Shown: positions 25,580 to 32,000 of the stretch, one piece after another
Numbering within the stretch: the stretch's first letter is position 1
Layout: every line of letters begins with the position of its first letter
DNA from: Vibrio vulnificus CMCP6
Lineage (GTDB): Bacteria; Pseudomonadota; Gammaproteobacteria; Enterobacterales; Vibrionaceae
DNA: 32,000 nt
Direction: 5' to 3'
NCBI RefSeq assembly: GCF_000039765.1
Contig: NC_004459.3
Span: 1,050,001-1,082,000, forward strand
The notes under the pieces: generated by a model
What the model was told of the DNA's origin: nothing
What the model saw: only the letters and a program-made list of their open reading frames with translations
Databases searched by the model: none
Made by a program: the position numbers and the translations under genes

Positions 25580-27598
25580 ATGAAACTGAATCCAAGACAA
25601 GACGAAGCCGTGAAATACGTATCAGGTCCCTGCCTCGTGCTTGCGGGTGCGGGTTCAGGCAAAACACGCGTGATCACCAATAAGATTGCCTATTTGGTGC
25701 AACAGTGTGGCTACAAAGCGCGTAATATTGCGGCGGTCACCTTCACCAATAAAGCCGCACGTGAGATGAAAGAACGTGTGGGACAAACACTGGGGAAAGG
25801 GGAATCAAAAGGCCTGATGGTGTCAACCTTTCACACGCTTGGTTTGAACATCATCAAACGAGAGTATCGCCATCTGGGTTTGAAGTCGGGCTTTTCCTTG
25901 TTTGACGATCAAGATCAGCTTGCACTGCTTAAAGAGCTGACTGAAAAACAGCTGGATGGCGATAAAGATTTGCTGCGTCAGTTAATGAGCACCATCTCAA
26001 ATTGGAAAAACGACATGCTCTCACCAGAGCAGGCCGTGGCACGCGCGCAAGGCGAACAGCAGCAGTTGTTTGCCTTCTGTTTTGAGATGTATCAGAAGCA
26101 GATGAAAGCGTACAACGCCCTTGACTTTGATGATCTTATCTTGCTGCCTGTATTACTCCTTCGTGGGCATGATGAGGTGCGTCAATACTGGCAAAATCGT
26201 ATCCGTTACCTTCTGGTCGATGAGTATCAAGACACCAACACCAGTCAATATGAACTGGTGAGACTGCTGGTGGGTGAGCGCGGACGCTTAACCGTGGTGG
26301 GGGATGATGACCAATCGATTTACTCTTGGCGTGGGGCGAAACCGCAAAACTTAGTGTTGCTGGGGCAAGATTATCCCAACTTACGCCTGATTAAATTGGA
26401 GCAAAACTACCGTTCGACCAGCCGTATTTTGCGTGCGGCGAACATCTTGATTGCCAATAACCCACACGTGTATGAAAAGTCGCTCTTCTCGGAAATTCCC
26501 GATGGAGAAAAACTCAAAGTGCTGTTGGCCAATAATGATGAGCATGAGGCGGAGCGCGTCACGGGGGAAATCATTGCCCACAAGTTTCTCAATCGCACCG
26601 ACTATCGTGACTACGCCATCCTCTATCGTGGTAACCATCAATCGCGTCTCATCGAAAAGTCGCTGATGCAAAACCGCGTTCCTTATCGACTGTCTGGTGG
26701 TACGTCTTTCTTTGCGCGCGCGGAGATCAAAGACATCATGGCGTATTTGCGAGTGTTGGTGAATCCGGATGATGACAACGCATTTTTGCGCATCGTCAAC
26801 ACACCTAAGCGTGAAATTGGCCCTGTGACGCTGGAGAAGTTAGGCAGCTATGCCAACATGCGTGGCAAAAGTTTATTTGAAGCCAGCTTTGAACTTGGCC
26901 TTGAGCAGCATCTGACCGGACGTGGTCTCGATAATTTGCGGCGCTTTACTCATTGGCTGGTGGCGATTGCCGATCAAGCAGAGAGGGGAGATACCGTGGA
27001 AGCGGTGCGCTCGTTGGTGCGAGATATTCATTATGAGGATTGGTTGTACGAAACATCTGCCAGCCCGAAAGCCGCAGAAATGCGCATGAAAAACGTCTCT
27101 GATCTCTACTCTTGGATTGTCGCAGATTTAGAAGGTGACAATAACGATCAAGAAGAGAAAACGTTGAAAGAAGTGGTTCAACGTTTGACACTGCGTGACA
27201 TGATGGAACGTGGTGAAGAAGATGAAGACAGTGATGCCGTACAACTGATGACACTGCATGCGTCTAAAGGTCTGGAATTTCCATATGTGTACCTGATCGG
27301 GACTGAAGAAGGGATATTGCCGCACCAAACCAGTATCGATGAAGATAACGTCGAAGAAGAACGTCGCTTAATGTACGTCGGCATTACGCGTGCGCAGCGA
27401 GAGCTGACTTTCGTGATGTGTAAAGAGCGTCGTCAATATGGGGAGTTGATCAAACCCAGCCAAAGTCGCTTCCTAGACGAGTTGCCTTTCGATGATGTGG
27501 AATGGGAACAAACCAAAAAGCCAGTGACACAGGAAGAAAGAATGGCCAAAGGCCAAGCGCACATTGCCAACTTACGTGCCATGTTCAACAAGAAGTAG
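25580..27598 (+). CDS. rep: ATP-dependent DNA helicase Rep
   Basis: 672 aa UvrD/Rep family: [74 protein letters not shown]. Confidence 0.98.
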   Translation: MKLNPRQDEAVKYVSGPCLVLAGAGSGKTRVITNKIAYLVQQCGYKARNIAAVTFTNKAAREMKERVGQTLGKGESKGLMVSTFHTLGLNIIKREYRHLGLKSGFSLFDDQDQLALLKELTEKQLDGDKDLLRQLMSTISNWKNDMLSPEQAVARAQGEQQQLFAFCFEMYQKQMKAYNALDFDDLILLPVLLLRGHDEVRQYWQNRIRYLLVDEYQDTNTSQYELVRLLVGERGRLTVVGDDDQSIYSWRGAKPQNLVLLGQDYPNLRLIKLEQNYRSTSRILRAANILIANNPHVYEKSLFSEIPDGEKLKVLLANNDEHEAERVTGEIIAHKFLNRTDYRDYAILYRGNHQSRLIEKSLMQNRVPYRLSGGTSFFARAEIKDIMAYLRVLVNPDDDNAFLRIVNTPKREIGPVTLEKLGSYANMRGKSLFEASFELGLEQHLTGRGLDNLRRFTHWLVAIADQAERGDTVEAVRSLVRDIHYEDWLYETSASPKAAEMRMKNVSDLYSWIVADLEGDNNDQEEKTLKEVVQRLTLRDMMERGEEDEDSDAVQLMTLHASKGLEFPYVYLIGTEEGILPHQTSIDEDNVEEERRLMYVGITRAQRELTFVMCKERRQYGELIKPSQSRFLDELPFDDVEWEQTKKPVTQEERMAKGQAHIANLRAMFNKK

Positions 27599-27613
27599 CG
27601 TTAGTCAAATAAG

Positions 27614-27641
27614 AAAAGGGCTTGGAAAACCAAGCCCTTTT
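27614..27641. terminator. Bidirectional intrinsic terminator between rep and the cytochrome c gene
   Basis: AAAAGGGCTTGG-aaaa-CCAAGCCCTTTT, 12-bp perfect stem with A/T tracts on both sides. Confidence 0.88.
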
Positions 27642-27659
27642 GCTTTAGGAAACTTTGTT

Positions 27660-28064
27660 TTATAGACCTTTGATCATGTGATCAATCGCGGCAATGATTT
27701 CGTCGTCAGAACAGTCCATACACGTACCGCGAGGAGGCATGGCATTAAAGCCCTCAATCGCGTGCTTGTTCAACACATCATGACCTTGTGCGATACGAGG
27801 AGCCCAATCTGCAGCATTGCCCGTTTTTGGTGCGCCATTTACCCCAGACGAGTGACAAGCAATACAAAAAGTGCCGTAAACTGTTGCGCCATCACGCGGT
27901 CCGGTTGGTTCAGCTTTGACTGGCTCACTACCTGCTAGATAAACATCACCTACTGGCTTGATGCGCTCTGCAATGGCATCGTGGTCAGTACTGGTAGCCA
28001 TAGCTGCCGTAGAAAAGGTTAAAGCAGCGAATAAAACGCTAATCATTCGTCGAGACATATCCAT
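27660..28064 (-). CDS. Small periplasmic c-type cytochrome (cytochrome c5-like)
   Basis: MDMSRRMISVLFAALTFSTAAMA signal peptide; GATVYGTFCIACHSSGVNGAPKTGNAADWAPR heme site CxxCH; C-terminal MPPRGTCMDCSDDEI. Start between 28064 and 28058. Confidence 0.9.
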   Translation of the reverse strand: MDMSRRMISVLFAALTFSTAAMATSTDHDAIAERIKPVGDVYLAGSEPVKAEPTGPRDGATVYGTFCIACHSSGVNGAPKTGNAADWAPRIAQGHDVLNKHAIEGFNAMPPRGTCMDCSDDEIIAAIDHMIKGL

Positions 28065-28316
28065 TAAACTCACTTTACATTCCCAAGGTAAGTCAGCTGG
28101 CTTACCAAACATTTATATAGTTAGAGTGCTGTTTTGATTTAACGGTAAATTATCACTGTTAAATCAATGTAAATAATGGGTGATTATATCCCGTTAACTT
28201 GTTGCAATAAACAACAAGTTATCAGCTACAGGGGCTGAATCACATCTGTTATTTACATTTGTAGCCAGATAACTGACGAAAAAGAGACCAAACGGAAAAA
28301 AAACTAAAAAAAACAC

Positions 28317-28345
28317 TAGACGCCATAGTGTGAACTACGTATTAT
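28317..28345 (+). promoter_or_regulatory. Candidate promoter of the tRNA cluster
   Basis: TAGACG-17 nt-TATTAT located 22 nt before tRNA-Arg. The -35 is weak. Confidence 0.4.
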
Positions 28346-28366
28346 TCCACTCCGCCGATAGGGCAT

Positions 28367-28443
<77 letters not shown>

Positions 28444-28481
28444 TTTGGATGCCTGGGGGAGATATCGGTGAAAAAACAATG

Positions 28482-28557
28482 GTGGCTATAGCTCAGTTGG
28501 TAGAGTCCCGGATTGTGATTCCGGTTGTCGCGGGTTCGAATCCCGTTAGCCACCCCA
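28482..28557 (+). tRNA. tRNA-His(GTG), copy 1
   Basis: 76 nt, GTGGCTATAGCTCAGTTGGTAGAGTCCCGGATTGTGATTCCGG...TAGCCACCCCA. Confidence 0.97.
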
Positions 28558-28583
28558 TTCTTTTCTAAGAATGAAACATTTGT

Positions 28584-28660
<77 letters not shown>

Positions 28661-28734
28661 CTATTATTTGGGTTTTGCTAAAGGCGAGGCTCAGGTTTAT
28701 GGCTTAAATAAGCGGTAAACATGACAATCTGATG

Positions 28735-28810
28735 GTGGCTATAGCTCAGTTGGTAGAGTCCCGGATTGTGATTCCGGTTGTCGCGGGTTCGAATCCCGTT
28801 AGCCACCCCA
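28735..28810 (+). tRNA. tRNA-His(GTG), copy 2
   Basis: Identical to copy 1 over all 76 nt. Confidence 0.97.
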
Positions 28811-28834
28811 TTCTTTGTTTAAAGAATAAAATTT

Positions 28835-28911
<77 letters not shown>

Positions 28912-28917
28912 CATTCT

Positions 28918-28948
28918 AAAGCCTCACTAGCAATAGTGGGGCTTTTTT
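28918..28948 (+). terminator. Intrinsic terminator, array unit 1
   Basis: AGCCTCACTA-gcaa-TAGTGGGGCT-TTTTT (10-bp stem with one T:G pair), immediately after tRNA-Pro copy 2. Confidence 0.9.
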
Positions 28949-29042
28949 ACATCTTGTATTAAATGCTGATGATTTTGTGTGCATACTGGGTCGGGGTCTG
29001 GAAGCCCAGCCGCGTCGAATCCCTCTTCACCGACCACATTCT

Positions 29043-29073
29043 AAAGCCTCACTAGCAATAGTGGGGCTTTTTT
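29043..29073 (+). terminator. Intrinsic terminator, array unit 2
   Basis: Same sequence as the unit 1 terminator, +125 nt. Confidence 0.88.
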
Positions 29074-29167
29074 ACATCTTGTATTAAATGCTGATGATTT
29101 TGTGTGCATACAGGGTCGGGGTCTGGAAGCCCAGCCGCGTCGAATTCCTCTTCATCGACCACATTCT

Positions 29168-29198
29168 AAAGCCTCACTAGCAATAGTGGGGCTTTTTT
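29168..29198 (+). terminator. Intrinsic terminator, array unit 3
   Basis: Same sequence, +250 nt. Confidence 0.88.
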
Positions 29199-29292
29199 AC
29201 ATCTTGTATTAGATGCTGATGATTTTGTGTGCATACTGGGTCGGGGTCTGGAAGCCCAGCCGCGTCGAATTCCTCTTCACCGACCACATTCT

Positions 29293-29323
29293 AAAGCCTC
29301 ACTAGCAATAGTGGGGCTTTTTT
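29293..29323 (+). terminator. Intrinsic terminator, array unit 4
   Basis: Same sequence, +375 nt. Confidence 0.88.
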
Positions 29324-29415
29324 ACATCTTGTATTAGATGCTGATGATTTTGTGTGCATAGTGGGTCGGGGTCAGGAAGCCAAGCCGCGTTAAATCCCTC
29401 TTCACCCCCACCGTA

Positions 29416-29450
29416 GAAAGCCTGCTTTTGTCACCGGCTTTCGTTGTTTT
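29416..29450 (+). terminator. Possible fifth, unrelated terminator-like hairpin closing the tRNA locus
   Basis: GAAAGCC-tgcttttgtcacc-GGCTTTC followed by gttgtttt. Confidence 0.4.
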
Positions 29451-30190
29451 GGCATCGTGGACTAAAGCGTCTGTGCGATCTTCTTCTCTCTACGGTTCTC
29501 ATTTTCTTGCCTCAACCCACGAGCCTTACTGGGTATGCCGATGCGCTCGCTTTTGTCTCTGATAAGAGACGTTTAAGGCTTTCTAAGCGAAGTTGCTGAT
29601 GAACCTCTCAATCTGAGAGGAAATCTCCCCTTTCTCATAACGCGTGGCTCTTTTGTGTCTATATTTTAGTTTCTTGGCATTTAACACTTTGATTTTCAAA
29701 CACCAGTGAGTTCCTAATGTTGTGAAGGAAAAACACAGCGGATACCCAGTGTCTATAATTCCATATTTAGCATTTTATGCTTAATGATTAGTTACACACT
29801 AAGCGTATTAACTGGTTTTTCTAAATGGAATAAAGTGTTGTTTTGTATTTGTTAATATTCACATGAAAAAATCTCACGGTAGATTGTGATGAATAATTGG
29901 CCTTTTTTGGCGACACTTTCTAGCAAAAATGCCAACTGGCACACAAAAAATGTTGTTCTGATTTTTGTTAAATATCTATTAACGAATATTTATTCGATAT
30001 TTTTGCCTTGAAATTAACCGATTGCTGGCTGTTAAACTTTAATTGTTGCTTTTTTGTGTGTTTTTTGCCAAATTGTGTTCCGACCTGATTTTTAGAGTAA
30101 TATTCTGCAATCAGAAGGGATTCATTGGTTTGTTGAATGATCATCGTGTTTGATTATTCAGCACCACAGACAAGGCAGTAGAGGTCTGAA

Positions 30191-31906
30191 ATGTCACTAT
30201 TAGAAGTGAAAAATCTTCGTATCGAGTATCCATCGCGGCATGGTATTCATGCGGCGGTGAAATCGTTGTCGTTTAATATTGAACGAGGCGAAATTGTTGG
30301 CGTCGTCGGTGAGTCGGGTGCGGGCAAGTCAACCGTAGGTAATGCGGTGAGCGATTTGTTGAGCCCTCCTGGTCGTATTGCCAGCGGTGATGTGTTCCTT
30401 GATGGCGAAAAAATTTCAGGCCTTTCTCCAGAAGCAATGCGCAAAGTGCGTGGCTCTAAAATTGGTTTTATCTTCCAAGATCCCATGACCTCGCTCAATC
30501 CTCTCTTTACTGTTGAACAGCAGTTAAAAGAAACCATTCACGCCAATATGAATGTCTCTGACGAAGAGGCTTACACGCGCGCATTGTCATTAATGAAGCA
30601 GGTGGGCATCCCTCAACCTGAAAACCGCTTAAAGCAGTATCCTCACCAGTTTTCTGGCGGTATGCGTCAGCGTGTAGTCATTGCGATTGCCCTAGCGGGC
30701 GAGCCGGATTTGATCATTGCCGATGAACCCACCACGGCACTCGATGTGTCGATTCAAGACCAAATCCTCAACCTGATCCGTGAGTTATGTATTAAGCATA
30801 ACGTGGGTTGCATGTTGGTCACGCACGACATGGGCGTGGTATCGAACGTGACTGACCGTGTTGCTGTTATGTACCGAGGTGACTTGGTTGAATTTGGTCC
30901 AACGGCCAAAGTGTTGGGCAACCCAGATCATCCTTATACGCGCAGCTTGATTTCAGCGGTACCACGTTCGGATAGGAAGCTTGATCGCTTCCCTCTGGTC
31001 AGCTACATCGAAGAAGCGAGTGAATTGCAGCCTCTTGATATTAAAAATCACTGGCTGGGTCAGAGTGAAGATCAGAGAAAATACACCGGACCACTGCTTA
31101 ATGTGGAAAATGTTAACTTGCGTTTCGTCACTAAGGACTCGCTGTTTGAGAGCCGTCGTGAGTATGTGCAGGCATCAAATAACGTTAGCTTCCAAGTGCA
31201 TGAAGGGGAAACCTTTGGCTTGGTGGGGGAATCGGGTTCGGGTAAATCCACTATTGCACGAGTCATTGCCGGGCTGTATGCGCCTAACTCAGGTAAGGTG
31301 ACGTTTGAAGGTATTGACCTTACCGCATTGACCTCAGAAAAAGCGCGCCGTCCTTTGCGTCGCCAAATGCAGATGGTCTTCCAAAATCCATACACTTCGA
31401 TGAACCCGCGCATGAAGATTTTCGATATCATCGCGGAGCCCATTCGTTTCCATAAGTTGACCAACAGTGAAGCGGAAACGCGCCAAATCGTGAACGATCT
31501 CTTGGAGCACGTTGGCTTAGGGCGAATGGCTGGGGTGAAATATCCACATGAATTTTCGGGTGGCCAGCGTCAGCGTATTTCGATTGCGCGCGCATTGGCG
31601 ACTCGTCCACGTCTTTTAATTTGTGATGAGCCCACCTCGGCACTGGATGTCTCGGTTCAAGCACAGATTCTGAATTTGCTCAAAGATCTACAAAGCGAAC
31701 TGAACTTAACCATGCTGTTTATCAGTCATGACCTTCCGGTTATCCGCCAAATGTGTGACCGAGTCGGTGTGATGCAGATGGGGACTCTGCTCGAAGTCGC
31801 ACCGACTGAGCAACTGTTCCGCTCTCCACAGCATGAGTACAGTAAGCACCTGATTTCCTTGATGCCAGAGTTCACTGGTTTGAGGGAAGAGGTGAAAACG
31901 GCATAA
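30191..31906 (+). CDS. Peptide/oligopeptide-type ABC transporter ATP-binding protein with two fused ATPase domains (DppD-DppF-like)
   Basis: 571 aa; two Walker A motifs (GESGAGKST, GESGSGKST), two signature motifs (FSGGMRQR, FSGGQRQR) and two Walker B motifs (LIIADEPTTALD, LLICDEPTSALD). Confidence 0.95.
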   Translation: MSLLEVKNLRIEYPSRHGIHAAVKSLSFNIERGEIVGVVGESGAGKSTVGNAVSDLLSPPGRIASGDVFLDGEKISGLSPEAMRKVRGSKIGFIFQDPMTSLNPLFTVEQQLKETIHANMNVSDEEAYTRALSLMKQVGIPQPENRLKQYPHQFSGGMRQRVVIAIALAGEPDLIIADEPTTALDVSIQDQILNLIRELCIKHNVGCMLVTHDMGVVSNVTDRVAVMYRGDLVEFGPTAKVLGNPDHPYTRSLISAVPRSDRKLDRFPLVSYIEEASELQPLDIKNHWLGQSEDQRKYTGPLLNVENVNLRFVTKDSLFESRREYVQASNNVSFQVHEGETFGLVGESGSGKSTIARVIAGLYAPNSGKVTFEGIDLTALTSEKARRPLRRQMQMVFQNPYTSMNPRMKIFDIIAEPIRFHKLTNSEAETRQIVNDLLEHVGLGRMAGVKYPHEFSGGQRQRISIARALATRPRLLICDEPTSALDVSVQAQILNLLKDLQSELNLTMLFISHDLPVIRQMCDRVGVMQMGTLLEVAPTEQLFRSPQHEYSKHLISLMPEFTGLREEVKTA

Positions 31907-31981
31907 CCAAGCTTGCTTGGCACAATAACAGACGCAAATACAACAACTAGGGATTCGGATTCCCGCATAAGGAGTTATGCA

Positions 31982-32000
31982 ATGAAAACCATGAAAAGCA
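31982..32000 (+). CDS. Start of the next gene in the ABC operon (truncated), possibly the substrate-binding protein
   Basis: ATGAAAACCATGAAAAGC preceded by an AAGGAG-like RBS (ataaggagttatgca). Only MKTMKS is visible; identity inferred from typical operon layout. Confidence 0.5.

Noticed and set aside
28988-29410. Additional intact tRNA-Pro genes in the tandem array
   Set aside because: The acceptor 5' strand, D-arm and anticodon arm are missing. Only a 3' T-arm/acceptor-like segment with an internal insert is present.

Overview
This window is a conserved chromosome I segment from a Vibrio, and the 16S variable regions look like V. vulnificus or a close relative. That species call is from memory of the sequence type, not from a search. 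Order along the window: rsmB' - fmt - def | LysM protein - dprA - smg - yrdD-like zinc-ribbon protein | purK - purE | tsaC - hemF - aroE - DUF1488 gene | gamma-carbonic-anhydrase-like gene | complete rRNA operon (16S, tRNA-Glu, tRNA-Lys, tRNA-Val, 23S, 5S) followed by tRNA-Ser(TGA) | decayed IS630-family element | ilvY <> ilvC | ubiK | VexAB-type RND efflux operon with TetR regulator | rep | small cytochrome c | tRNA-Arg, His, Pro, His, Pro cluster | tandem array | ~0.78 kb non-coding region | dual-ATPase peptide-type ABC transporter protein and the start of the next gene. I found no convincing new multi-gene system. The most unusual structure is at 28911-29410: four head-to-tail 125-bp units directly downstream of the last tRNA-Pro. 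Each unit has a near-perfect intrinsic terminator, a ~40-nt leader, and a tRNA-Pro 3' fragment whose T-arm is interrupted by an 18-nt hairpin-containing insert. Other observations: the transposase carries an in-frame TGA plus an A7 frameshift, a 16-bp PurR-like palindrome overlaps the predicted purE promoter, an 18-bp palindrome abuts the -10 of the TetR gene, tRNA-Ser may be a distal rrn gene, and the region before the ABC gene is non-coding with inverted repeats.
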